64,000 nt of DNA from Glycera tridactyla (taxonomy: Eukaryota), in assembly GCA_965644265.1 (NCBI GenBank), contig OZ286473.1, positions 41,478,001 to 41,542,000 of the forward strand, written 5' to 3'. A program made the position numbers and the translations under genes. The notes beneath the pieces are model-generated. The model saw only the letters and a program-made list of their open reading frames with translations. It had not been told where the DNA came from and made no database searches. Positions 24,427 through 37,460 of this stretch are shown here, in pieces; position 1 is the first letter of the stretch, and the number at the start of each line of letters is the position of its first letter.

Positions 24427-25062
24427 TATATTTGAAAGCCACCCCCATTGCATTTATTATCATTAGAAATACCAGACATGAATGAATACTTGTGAGACAA
24501 TGGACTGGTCTATGACTGAAAGCTATTTGCAAACACTAGGTACTTTCCTGAGGAGTTTTCCCAGAGTCCTCAAATTCAACATTGCTATAGTACTTTCAAC
24601 CCTGTGCTGAGGTATTTCTAGAATGGACAACCTTTTAGTGAATAATTTTAGCACGGTGAAAATGATTTTAGCAGTTCAGAACGCATATGATGGAAAGTAC
24701 CAATGTATTTCATCAAATCAGCTCATCAATTTTTTTAGGGGGGTGGGGGGGGGTCTCATTGAATTCTCAAAAGTGCCTTTGTCTGGATGTACTTGGGACA
24801 AATTGTACCTATGGCTTTGATCAGAGGTCCAACTTTCAAGTGTACTTCAGAGCTGTCACTAATACCAATGTCTGTTCAGTGTGAGAAAATTTTAATCTGA
24901 AAGTTCGGTCAGCATGCTGACTAGTATAAAAATCTAGCATTCTGTCTCTGATAAGTTGAAATTGTCTCATCAACCTCAGAATTGTCCCATTGGATTTAGA
25001 TCATGGGGACATTTGTCTTATTCACTTCTGTATTCCTGAATTTGCCTGTATTCTGATTGTAG

Positions 25063-25202
25063 TAATCCGGTGAAGTGCGGTCAGACCATTCGTCTAACCC
25101 ACGTCTCTACTGGCAGAAATCTTCATAGTCATCATTTCCAGTCACCTCTCTCACATAATCTAGAAGTCAGTGCTTTTGGCGAAGAAGGAGATGGAGACCA
25201 CG
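25063..25202 (+). CDS. SDF2: SDF2/SDF2L1 family, exon 4
   Basis: NPVKCGQTIRLTHVSTGRNLHSHHFQSPLSHNLEVSAFGEEGDGDH (MIR2); AG/GTAAG boundaries. Confidence 0.95.
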
Positions 25203-27244
25203 GTAAGAGCGCCAACCATTTTCTTCATCTGAACATTTTGTTGACATTTTTTTTGCCTGCAATAACCAACTTTGGGCCTCTTTTCATCGAATTACAGGTT
25301 CATCTCATTTGGTGATGCTCTCAATCACTTGGGAACTTTAGCTTACCGAATCACATTCTTTCATAGTTGATTTGTATATTCGGTTACTAAGGGGTATTGC
25401 ATAAAAAAGCAAGCAGATTAGGGGATGGAAACTTTTTTTCAGAAACTGAAGTAAAGGAATGCAGAAACGTTGATATTCAGGGGTAGGTTGTTAGTGTCAA
25501 ATGAGTAAATATCCACAGTAGGAGTCAATTAAGATTTCTGTCTTTTTGAACAACTTTTCAGACTTTTAGATTGAATAGCTCGAAAAGGAAGATGTTGAGT
25601 GTCTCCTATTGTGGAAATCATCTAAAAATACAGTTGGTATCTCATATGTATACATCAGAATACATTTCCTCGTTCAAGCTGTAGCTTTCCTCATTTCTGC
25701 TGTGTTATCAACAGCTAGCTTCTGGAATTTTGAAAAACAATAACTATTCACTGATGAGAGAAAAAAATTAGTTGAAAAAGGTTTTGCTACAAAGAATGAA
25801 ATTGTGGTGGTTTTGCCAAATTTTGCTCAATTTTCAGTAAGAAATACCCCAGGGGAATTGTTCGAGATTCGAGTGCACCTGCAGTCCTATGAGATGGCCC
25901 CATTGTTAAGGCATGATAGTCTAAGGCTTCATATAGGCATGCAATGATCTTGCAGCTTCATTAAGTGCATCATACACTTGACTTATCCCTGATTTTCTAG
26001 AAAAAAATCAGTTACACTAGTACATGTACTCTCTGCTACGATGACAGTCACTGGAGCTAGACAGATATAGGATTTGTCCTTGTGAGACGGGCTTGGACAC
26101 AAGGTAGACATCCAAATCTCAGGAATGCCAACAAAATTGATGGTTATATGTCTTGCTTGAAATTTAAAAACTACAGTCCTAAGCAGCCACTTTTTGTCTT
26201 TCCGAAGGGTGGCTGCTTAGAACAGGTTTGACAGTATAGTGGCGAAATGATGGGTCACTTATCTGAGTGTCATTAACATTTCCACGTATGAAGAACGAAA
26301 AACAAACATGATCATAGGGAGAGCGGGCACTACGGAGCTGTCATCCGTGATTCAACATATGTATTTGTGCAGAAGATGACATGGATAGGACAAGCAAAAC
26401 TTATTTTACTATGACTTGACGCCATTGTTTGCAATTGGAGAGGGAACGCAGATATGACAACAGAGAGAATGTATAAGATACTGGGCACGTGAGAGCTTTT
26501 GAAGCTTATGGCATGATGCAAAAACATATGGGAAATCCATTGGTGGAACACCTCATTGGAAAGTGTATTGAGATACATTTTTTTGGCGAAACTTGCAGGA
26601 GAGGACTGATGGGGGCGAAAAGGGGGGGGGGGGGGGGGGGGGGGGAGGCGCTAGAGAAATACAACTTCCCACAAACTATGGTGCCTGATGCCCTGATTGC
26701 TGGAAATATTGAATGCAACTCTACACAGCGATGGCAGCCAATATGATTTTGGAGTGTTGACTTCTAGACTCAAGCTGATATTTTGGCAGTCTATGAGTCA
26801 CACCACTCAGGGAAAATGAGGATATGATTCATTTGCATATTATGTGGGTATTAATACTAGCTGAAATTGGCACCATTTCTTTTTTGGTTTGTCACTGTTC
26901 GACATCTCTGCCTGCAGTTTATGTGCCTAGCATTTCAGAGACCTCATTACATTTTTGAGCCAGGGGTTTTCATCATGTCAGTGCATCTAACAATAGTTGC
27001 TGCCCAGTGTGATTGACACAGTTTATTTGTTTCTGGCTTTTTAACAGTGTCTAATATCGAATGACGCAGAGTCCTGTTTAGCTGAGAAGACCATATAGAT
27101 TTGACAGTACCTATTGGCCCAGTACCAAAGATTTATTTGCATGTTTTATTTGTCATAGGCTTTTTGCCCACATCCAATATCATATGAACTGGAATGTGCT
27201 TGGTTTCATGAAAAAAGTTTCACCATCTGTATTTATTGTTTAAG

Positions 27245-27428
27245 CAGGGGCTGATGTTGTGAGTTGCCCTTCAGCCCAGGGCAAGTAAAATTTGTGCCCG
27301 GGCAAGTGGATTACTATGCCTACTCGCCCAAAAGAGTTGGTTACGATCATTTACTATTCAGGCAAGTGCATCTCTATGAGCACTTGCCCTACCAGCAAGT
27401 GAGCTAAAAATCTTAGCATCAAGCTCTG
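27245..27428. mobile_element. hAT-like MITE, degenerate
   Basis: Imperfect TIR CAGGGGCTGATG / CATCAAGCTCTG and internal GGGCAAGT repeats. Confidence 0.4.
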
Positions 27429-29106
27429 CTTAGAGAAAGACCTTCATTATGTTAGCTTGTGCGTTATTGCAGCGCTTGCCATAGACTGTGTATAATATGT
27501 ATATGCATGTGTTTTTAACAGGCTCTGATAGTGGTATGTATGACGGACTGCATTCTTGTGTTGTTGATCCTTATCTAATATTCTTTGCACAGGAGTGAAC
27601 TTTTTGGTCATTCCCCGTGAGCAGTTAGTTCTAGGTTTTCCAGTTCAGTGTTGTTACTTTCTCAGAAGTGCCTCCCTCATTTAAGATGCACTTTGGTCTC
27701 AGGCAACTTGATTCCATGCCTTACTAATACCAGAGGTCAAACAAAAAGTGGGAATTTGGAAGAAGTCTTAATTAGTCCCTCCTAGATCTCTGAAGAGTAT
27801 GGATTATGGAAGTTCAGCTGTTATGTTACGGAGAAACTATAGATGAGCTAAATAAAATTTACTTTACTTTTCTTCAAGCTCGGGCCAATGATGAGCTATC
27901 CGCTTGGTGATCTAAGCCATATTTCAAGTCTGTGGGTAAATTAAATAGGTGATTGGAATCCTTTGTAGTGAGATGAAGCATATTATAGTTCAGACACAAA
28001 GGTACCACCTTAGTGTAATATATGGGCCCTCCGTTGATAGGAATCCATGAACTTGCCAAGTGCCGAAATGTGTTGCAAAAAATCCTGTTCATGTAAAAAA
28101 TTGGACTCATTGGTAGTTGGGAAAGCAGGAATTTTGTATGATGAAAGTATGCACTTTGCTCTTCGTGAGGAGCTAGATTGACATGTGACATGATGTCATG
28201 TTATGTTTTCCTGCACAGTTGCATGTAGGGCTTTCTGTTTTATGAACTAACTTATCCGAGTCTAAACGATCATCCAACTCAGGAAAGATTCTGACAATTT
28301 CTTGCATGTCATTTTGATCATGTGGCTGACATCTATCTCATATCTCAAAGCCAAAAAGGCATTATGTAATTGAATGAACTCCAATGTGGGATAGTGGGTT
28401 TGGCGAGTGGGTGGCAGGGCTCGACATTAAGGGTTGTCCTGTTGTCAGGGACAAGTAGGAATTCATGGCGGACAAGTGAATTTCATAATCAACTTGCCCG
28501 TTGAACAACTGCAGTTTTCTCCTTTAAGTATGCTTGATATTACATCGGACAGGTGAAATTCTTGGGCGGACAACCAAATATCTTATCTCACCTGTCCGCT
28601 TGCACGACCAGCCAAAACCCCCAATGTCATGCCCTGGGTGGTTGGGTGGGTGAATGATGTTCGAGGTGTGTCAAAATAAAACTTTATAGGTAGGATTCCA
28701 TCTAATAGGACTGGCGAAATGCCTATAAATTTTGGACCGGTCATCTTGAATTTCAAGGTCACAAAGTGCAAAAAGGTAAAAACAGTTCATACAATAAGTT
28801 GAAAAGTTTGAGAGCCAGCCAGCTCCATCTTGTCATTCAAGGTCGTTGGGTGAAAAAAAAGGTATTAGTTTTGTTCATGTATATCTGACTTCTCTCATTC
28901 ACAGTTCCTGTGACAAGCATGCACTCAGTGGAGCATTCACACTCACTGAGTGCATCTAGTTTGTTCTATCATCTGCCCCAACTTCAATAAAGATGTCTTC
29001 AAAAGATGTCTTCAAAAGATGTCTGCAAAAATGTTCTTCTAAGGCTTTCCGGCTATCACACTAAGAAACAAGCAGTAGATAAGACCAGTAATAATGATAA
29101 TACATA

Positions 29107-29269
29107 CAGTCGAACTTCCTCTAAAGACCACCTCTCTATAAAGACCACCTCCCTATAAAGACCACCCTGAGCTGCGACTGTGAAAGTATTTCCAATAGTA
29201 AAGGACCTCCCTATATATAGACCACTTTTTGATGCGACTGAGGGCAGTCTCTATAGACAGGTTCGACTG
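29107..29269. mobile_element. Tc1/mariner-type MITE
   Basis: TA|CAGTCGAAC ... GTTCGACTG|TA. Confidence 0.85.
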
Positions 29270-29613
29270 TACTTGTGTTGCTTTGCTTGATTTAAGATTT
29301 CAGTATGTGGACTGTTTGTTTTGAGCTTGATATAAGCAGGGATGTCATTGTTCTGCAGATCTGCAGATTTCCGTTCTTTATCACGAATCCAGCAATCCAT
29401 GCATATGACAGAAAAGAGTATTTTGTGCTGATTATTCAAGATTTTAAATCATGTAAATCTGACCAAGATTGGTTGAGATAGTGTGCAAAATATGCAGTCT
29501 TATAACCATTAGTTAGCAGTTATTGGAGTTTGTTGGTCGAGAAATATCCTTGTGAAAAGTGCCTTCAGTCAGGTTTTCAGGGTTTTCGGTTGTCAGCCAG
29601 TCACATTCTTGTA

Positions 29614-29712
29614 CAGTGAACCTGTCAAATATGCCTCCGACGAGAGACCACCTCTTTTGAGAGACTGCTTTTTGGTGACATTTAGGGCGGTCTCTCATTG
29701 CAGGTTTCACTG
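29614..29712. mobile_element. Short Tc1/mariner-type MITE
   Basis: TA|CAGTGAACCTG ... CAGGTTTCACTG|TA. Confidence 0.55.
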
Positions 29713-31065
29713 TATAAAGCTATGTCTTCGTAGTGTAGTCTAATAAGTTCACCCTGCTTATCTCTGGGATATTCCTGTAGGCCTCCTTTAGGTGCCAAAT
29801 ATACACCTCAGTATCTATCATGTAGGGCTCAGCAGTCAGTTCAGACTCAGTGGAAGCTGTGAGCAGCCAATACCTGCCTGTAACAATCCTCCTCCAGAAG
29901 AATTTTCTATCATTAATGAGTTGCAAATACAGTACAAGTTCTATTGGGAGACTACCCCAAATGCCAACCACAGATGGTCTCATGAGAGTGAGACAAATTT
30001 GACTATGCCAAATAGAAATGGATTGATGAATAGCAGCCTCTCGGAAGAAGGCAGTCTCTCAAAAGAGGGGTCTCTCAAAGACGAGTTCTCTGTATACCTC
30101 CATCAGAATTTTGAGGAATGACAGTTGCTCGTCACATCTTCCTTCCATTGTACTAGTAAAATATGTATTGCATGTCCTTCTACTGCATGAGAGCATGTTG
30201 TTAGATGTAAATATTTTGCATGATTCTATATAGCTGTGCTATTCTAGCTTCCGTTTTTAGCATGATTTTGCATGTTGCATTTGATGACAACTCTTCATGA
30301 TATTGAATCTTCCAGGTTTTGTTGATTTGTCAATCAGCTCAGCAACTTGATGTAGAATCCTTGTCAAATTCAGTTGGTGAAATACACACTTCTATGATCT
30401 ACCTCTCATCACTGTATCTTATCATACCGGAAATCACACCATTGGTGTCAGTGAATTTCATGAACTTTCACCATCTGTTAGAACCAAAAGGAGGAGTCTT
30501 GAATGATCTTATCCATGCCGGGTGCATGGGCATCTCAATATAGCTCAGAAGTTGGGCATTGGATGTGAAACAACTGACCAACCCACTGCAATCTTGTATT
30601 CAGGGTCCATGAGGGTGATGCATAGAGGTGCCATCAGGATTCTCTCAGGATCTTGAAACATAAAAAACAGTTGAAATTTGAAAAAGGACACATTTGACTC
30701 GAGAAATGTACTTGAATTTGATTCTCATCTCTGGATGATAACTCGGAATTTGTATTAGCCACAGAAATTCACTGGATTTCAAATGAAATTCAATTTGTTG
30801 TCATGCCCATGAAGTAAATTATTCAAAAATGTTGGCACTGTAATAAAAAATCTGAAAAAAAACTTTCTCTTGAGATCAGGCTATTTCACCTTGGAAAATT
30901 TGTAATTTTCGCCCGTGAAAGCCCTATAATATCCTTGGCTTTTATTGCTCTACCATGAAGCCATAGTCTGGTATGCACAGCTGACATAATCCCATGGATG
31001 GTTTGATACATGCCATCTAGCTTATTGATATTGATTAATCGATATTATGATCATTTGTCTTGATC

Positions 31066-31519
31066 CAGGGTTCATACAAGGTATGGAAACCTGGAAAAAG
31101 TATGGAATTTGGAAAAATCCTTTCCAGGCCCGGAAAAAGTATGGAATTTTGAGATTTGGGCAAATGATCATGGAAAAGGTATGGAATTTTGTACGGGCAG
31201 CGATGGTGGTTTGGACTTTACCACTGTCACTCGACCAGCCAGCTGATAGAACAAACACATGCAAGTGGTCACCACTGTGTTTCTTCTTTGATCATGTTAT
31301 CTAAATATGATTGGCTCTGGGTAGAGTCTTCGAGAATGGAATCTCACTTTAATTTGTGCCAACATGGTGATCAATCGCTTTTTTGGTACAACTACTTTCT
31401 GTTACCAGTCATCACAATCATGCTTCCATTCATGCCGGGTATGGAAAGTTGATGATGTAGTATGGAAAAGGTATGGAAAAAGTATGGTATTCTACTCTCA
31501 GAAGTCTGTATGAACCCTG
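31066..31519. mobile_element. hAT-like MITE with GGTATGGAAA subterminal repeats
   Basis: Perfect 13-bp TIR CAGGGTTCATACA/TGTATGAACCCTG; imperfect flanks TCTTGATC / TCTAAGATC. Confidence 0.7.
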
Positions 31520-31589
31520 TCTAAGATCTCTATATTCAGTGGCCAGCCCATGCTTTATGAGTGACTGTAGATTTTATTATGTTGGCTAG

Positions 31590-31671
31590 GTGACCATTGG
31601 ATAGTTCAATGCAGCGATGAATACTGGGGCCGAGATGAGCGTATCCGCCTCAAACATGCTGTTACAGATAG
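31590..31671 (+). CDS. SDF2: SDF2/SDF2L1 family, exon 5
   Basis: GDHWIVQCSDEYWGRDERIRLKHAVTD; TAG/GTATGT boundaries, phases consistent. Confidence 0.93.
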
Positions 31672-32236
31672 GTATGTACTTTCTTGCATCTCTAAGAGTG
31701 ATGCCACTGTACTCTGTAAAATCTAGATTCCTCTCATTATTCCAATAAAATTACTAAGTCTTTCAATTTACCTTCACTACTTTTTCTGTCCATTAAATTT
31801 GGCGTCCTCAGTGTGTAACTCGGCCTTTGTCCGCGTGACATCCAGTAAAATTCCCACCTTGTAAGGTACTGTGTTTTTACTTCGCAGCCATATAGTCTTG
31901 CTATAATTTTAGGAGGTGGTGAGGTGAATTAGGCTATATGAGGTCACCTTCTTGCCCTCTTGAGTGTGGAACGAATGCAAATGAGCTCTTCTGAAGCATG
32001 CTTTATTGGTAGAGAAATGTCAACATCTATGATTTTGGAGTAGCAAATTTTTTTTTTTGGGGGGGGGGGGCAAAATTTGTACATTTAACGGGTGATGCTA
32101 TCTGGCAAAATTACGATTTTCCCTTTTAATTCCAATACGAATACGAATATTGGCACTGATACTACATGTATTTGAAATTGCCATTGGTACTATGTTAATC
32201 CTACAAAGGTTGGCATCTTTGCATATTGTGTTACAG

Positions 32237-32402
32237 GTTTCTTCATGTGTCTGGAGACACATATGGTCGCCCGATCCACGGTCAGAAAGAAGTCAGTGGA
32301 TTCCCGTCTCCCAACGATCTCAATTTCTGGCAGGCTGCGGAGGGAATCTACATCAAGCCACAAGAAGAAAGTGGTAATCGGCTAATCCACGATGAATTTT
32401 AA
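32237..32402 (+). CDS. SDF2: SDF2/SDF2L1 family, exon 6, C-terminus HDEF
   Basis: FLHVSGDTYGRPIHGQKEVSG...WQAAEGIYIKP...IHDEF*; spliced CDS 645 nt = 214 aa. Confidence 0.95.
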
Positions 32403-32799
32403 GTGATAAATTTTTTGTTGTGTATGTATGTGTGAATGTGACTCGCCACTCATGCCCTGCATCCAGCTATGACCATTTCACATATTTGTTGAGAATTGAC
32501 TTTTGATTTTGGTAGTGATGGTATAATACTAATTTTGGGCCAAATCTGTGGTATTTTATGCGCCTCACTACTCCAAGAAATTCTTATTTGAGCATTGGAA
32601 ATACTATTGTCATTACCTCAAAAAATTGGTCTCATTACTATTTTTGTTCATCAGAAGTCGGTATCTATGACTGAAGCTTAAGTAACCGTCAGCAGAAAGC
32701 AGTCCCGGTAATATAGATGAGATATAGATGAGTCCATTTCATCTTGTGAACTTTCCAGTTGATTCTCGATTCTTGACCATATTTTAGTATTGACCTATA

Positions 32800-32974
32800 C
32801 AGTGGAACTTGTTTCGAGCAAGTCTTGTACTCAGAAAGACCTTGCCTTAAGCAACAGGTTTTGATTCATCTCTTCAGGGTTTTATCAAGACATTACACCT
32901 GTCCTAATCATGAAGTTGCCTTGAGCTCACACTAATCAGTTCCCGCAGTCTCATGCTTCCGACAGGTTTGACTG
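32800..32974. mobile_element. Tc1/mariner-type MITE, diverged
   Basis: TA|CAGTGGAACTTG ... CAGGTTTGACTG|TA; related truncated copy from 61007. Confidence 0.55.
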
Positions 32975-35900
32975 TACTTACAGCCTCATCTCATCCAGCT
33001 AATTGTTAGAGTGACATTAATAATTACTCCAGAGATACCAACCGCTATGAATTTAGAGTAGCGTCCACTCTGATCATGCCCTAATCCTCGCATTTGGTGA
33101 GTGATGCTACTCTTTAAATCAAGATTTTTCTTGTAATTCAAATGCAATCACTGGCACTGATACTTGGAATCAGTTGATTGGAATTTATTTTGATCGATAA
33201 ATTGACTATAATTGATGTTTAGTCATGGCTTGAAGGAGACAAATTTGATGTATAGGGGATGATGACTGACATGATTTGGGAATGGAGAAAGCATGAGTTC
33301 CATCTGTGAAAAGATGCTAGAGAGTGAATTTTAGACGTACAATTCTTGAAAAATGCTGTCTAGGACTTGATTATTCCAGAAAAAAATGCACTCAATGATG
33401 AGTTTTGTCTTGCTGAAGATGAAGGCCAAACAAATTGATTCTATTGAAGTAACATCATTTAGTAGAATCAAAACCCAATTCATTTTGATTAAATTGATTT
33501 CTGAGTGAAATGTCCTATCACTAATATATGTACTTGTATTTGCTGTAATTTTGTCTTTATTTCTCATGGATTAGGTGTGCATGAAAATGGTAATGCAATC
33601 ATCTCATCTCTTCATATTTTCACAAATGAGTAATTGTGTGCGCTATTAGTTGGGGCCTCATGCTTAAGACTGTCACTTTGAGACTTGATCTGTGTTTGCC
33701 ATCTAGTCAGACAACCACCCCTTCGGATGTATGTCAGCCAAGGATTTTCATCATTGTTTTAACCCTGTGAGACATTCACTTGATGTGTGATATGATGAAC
33801 TCTTTCTTGCCAGCATTGTCACGAGATTCAGTCGATTTATAAGCAATTGTATTCATTTCATTTAAGGTTTTTGAAGAAGCAGGATCTTTATAATATTTCA
33901 TGGCAGCTCATGTAGCTATTGGTTTTTAATTTCTATGCTTTTTTTGGTTGAGGCTGCAATAGTCTGCTGGAGGTTTTTGTAGCCCTGATTGCACAACTAT
34001 TTTGGACTGTATCTTGTAATAGTATGACTATGCCATTCATCATGTTGCACTCTGCAGAATTATTTCACTGTCCTCCATGGCTGAAATATTTCAGAAACTT
34101 TGAGATGGTCCTTCTTATTGACATCGTTTGTTGTGTATGTTTTGTGAGAGAGCGCTGGACTATTACAATCATATTTGCTCTGGTGTTGTACACATTTTTG
34201 TCTTCTTGTAATAAAATCTATTTATAACGTTTGTTTTGTTCTTCATGAAAAAATATATGTTGACTTTCACAATCACATTTGAGTTGCATTCACTTGAACA
34301 ATTGAGCATATAGACATTCTTGCCCAGAATGGCCTGAGAAATGCAAGGCCCCTCGACAGATTTCTGAGAAGATTCAAGTGACCAAAGCTTTCTGTGTGAT
34401 TATTGGTTGGAGTTTGACAGATTCAAATGGAGCTGAGAGATCTAATGGAGCAAGTATTGCTTTTCCCTTCTCACTGACAGCCTTTATCAGATCATCATAA
34501 ACACTGCCTACTGCTCTGTCAGTGCTATGAAGTTTTCCTTTGGTTGCATCCATATAACTTATTCAGGGATGTGATTTTTCTGTGGATCCGCAGATTCAGC
34601 TATGCTGACTATTTTGGTTTTCACATCACATGGATATGACTAGAATTAGTGGATATATGGCAGGGAAGAGCACTTTATGCTGATTATTTTGGATTTTGGA
34701 TCATGCAAATCAGACCAGAACTAGTGGAGATAGAGGACTGAATTCAAAAGTAGTTTTAGTAGCCATTAGTTAGCATTTGTTGGGGTTTCTTGGTCCGCAA
34801 AATCTTGATGAAAATCACCCAGTCAGGTTTTCAGGGGGTTTGTTGTGAGCTAATCACATCCCTGCTTATTTGCAGTGAGATATTCAGCGTCTTTTTGCCA
34901 CCACATCCTCCACCAATTCTGAGATGTGGCTTAGGTTTGAGACTGGTAAATACTTATTCAGGATTTCAGCAAAGCTTTGACAGCAATGTGATTGTTCGAC
35001 CGACTTCTACAATCCATGCATGAGAACATTTATGCTGACTATTTTGGTTTTCACATCACATGGATATGACTAGAATTAGTGGAATTAGAGTTATCTTATG
35101 ATGTGATTGTTCTGCGGATTTTGATGTCTCTCATCAGCATTGCAGCCATCCATGCTCGCAGGCAATAGCACTTTATGCTTAATATATTGGACTTAAGATC
35201 ATGGAAATCGAACCAGAATAAGCAGAGATAGAGCACAAGGTTTATATGCAGTTTTAGTAGCTAAAGTTAGCTGTTGTTGAGGCGTCTTGGCTTACAAAAT
35301 ATTGTTTTCAGGGTTGATATATGCCATGAAACATACAGGCTAGTTGTCCTCACACCTCTAGTGGAGGCCAGTGATTTGATCCCATGTTCACTGCATAACA
35401 CAGTGGCCGAGAATTACTGACCTAGTGGAAGCCGTGTGAATCAATCCAATGTTCACAGGGTAACACATTTTTGATAACACGAATGACGCCTTGAGTGTAT
35501 GAATTTCATAAATTTGCGACTTCTGTTGGGGACCCAGGAGGAGTTTTGAATGATCCCTCCCATGCCAATGGCATGGGTGTCACAATATTGCAACAAATGG
35601 AGCTAACGTGATGTTATAGCTAGAATAAATTGCTGTGAAGTAAAAACAACGTGTGAATTTTGCCTTTGGCCTCGTGATATCCCGCAAAATTCAAACCGAG
35701 TTTGGTCTTGCATTCTCACCTCACTACAATATATTCTTGCTTTTATCATATGGACAAGGGAAGAAATCATCGAAAACTAGTTCTCAACCAGCTGCAAAGT
35801 ATCACACGCAATACTCCACACCTGATACTTCACTGAAAATGTCACATCCATGTGATGTTAAACCAGAACCAACCAACCATCAAACTAAGCTCAGTAGATA

Positions 35901-36107
35901 ACCACGACACACTAATCAACTAGCTTCACATTTGAGCCCATTCGAAAGAGCCTCGATCTTTCACAACACTCAACTTGACCACATTGCATGGGCGTCACAA
36001 TATAGCCCAGATGGTGCTGACGTGACGTTAAACCCCAAGCAACCAACCAACCAACTACCCAACTTATGATTTGTTTTCTTCTATATGCATCACACTACCA
36101 TCGGTAT

Positions 36108-36269
36108 GACACCTTGAGTGTCTGTGAATTTCATAAATTTTCGCCTTCTGTTTGGGATCCAGAAGGAGAAGTCGAATGATCCCACCCATGCCCATTGCAT
36201 GGACGTCACAATATAGCCCAGATGGAGCTGACGTGACGTTAAACCCCCAACAAAACAAACAAAACAAAT
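36108..36269 (+). mobile_element. SINE-like retroposon family A, 5'-truncated insertion
   Basis: Flanked by GGTAT (36103-36107, 36270-36274); paralogous sites near 43425 and 49310 are empty; tail GACGTTAAACCCCCAAC(AAAC)n. Confidence 0.85.
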
Positions 36270-36577
36270 GGTATACCAATCCACATGTTCAATTTCCTAA
36301 TCCCCACTACCAAAATCGTGTTCTTGGTCACTGAATCCTTAAAAAACAAATATGAAATGTCTCATGATGAATCAATTTCAATGCGTAGAAAGATAATTTA
36401 GAATGGCAGCTTCCAGATTTAAAAATCCAAGTTGAGGTAGATTCGATTTTTCCATTTCAATCCAGCTTGCTCTGGCTACATAGTGGACTAGTGATTCATA
36501 TTCAAAATTATTCTTATGCCTCTGTTGTATATATGAAGTCATACACCACACATGTTCCGGTCCGGATAAACTAGTCC

Positions 36578-36845
36578 GGCCAATTGGAGGCCAGCAAACT
36601 GATCCCATGTTCGCTGTGTAACACAATGGCCTAAAATAAGTGACCTAGTGGAAGCTATGTGAATGAATCTCATGTTCACATGGTAACACTACGGTCAACA
36701 TTTCAAATAACATAATAGAAATGACACCTCGAGTGTCTGTGAATTTCATAAATTTTCGCCTTCTGTTAGGGACTCAGAAGGAGGAGTCTTGTATGATCCC
36801 TCCCATGCCCATTGCATGCGCGTCACAATATAGCACAGATGGAGC
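36578..36845 (+). mobile_element. SINE-like retroposon family A, longer insertion
   Basis: 11-bp direct repeat TAAACTAGTCC at 36567-36577 and 36846-36856; paralogous sites near 43755 and 49640 are empty. Confidence 0.8.
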
Positions 36846-37267
36846 TAAACTAGTCCAATAAGTACCTATGGAACCGATAGTTGTCGGGTTTTTCTGAGGA
36901 ATTCACACCATANNNNNNNNNNNNNNNNNNNNNNNNNNNNNNNNNNNNNNNNNNNNNNNNNNNNNNNNNNNNNNNNNNNNNNNNNNNNNNNNNNNNNNNN
37001 NNNNNNNNNNNNNNNNNNNNNNNNNNNNNNNNNNNNNNNNNNNNNNNNNNNNNNNNNNNNNNNNNNNNNNNNNNNNNNNNNNNNNNNNNNNNNNNNNNNN
37101 NNNNNNNNNNNNNNNNNNNNNNNNNATCATACACGTCTCCATCAAGCTTTTACATATATGCATATGTGCTTTACAAATGGTCTCATCCATCCTAGAAACA
37201 ATTCAGAGATTGATAGTAGGCAAATGAGGCATATAAAAGTCATCCATATTAACTGTAGTGTAATTGT

Positions 37268-37460
37268 TCACTTCTGATTCTGGTCTTCAAGATCATTTAC
37301 AGCCTGATAGGTGGCACAGATTAAGGTATTGTAGCGTGGATCTTCTCCGATCATGGCCATCACATGATGGTTAGTGATGTAAGCCCATGACAGATGGAGC
37401 TTGAGATCCGCATACCCCATCTGGCCTCCTGCTCCTGGTGTTCCAAGTCAATCCACCATG
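37268..37460 (-). pseudogene. Beta-lactamase-domain paralog, orphan last exon with 2-nt deletion
   Basis: 193 nt versus 195 nt for the intact exon 50046-50240; acceptor and stop retained. Confidence 0.85.

Noticed and set aside
26622-26645. Long poly-G runs (also ~2489, ~11799, ~32059) as functional G-quadruplex elements
   Set aside because: Isolated homopolymers with no conserved context; lengths are unreliable in assemblies
27860-28200. Possible decayed LINE endonuclease remnant on the minus strand
   Set aside because: Multiple stops and no convincing motif; would need a profile search to support it
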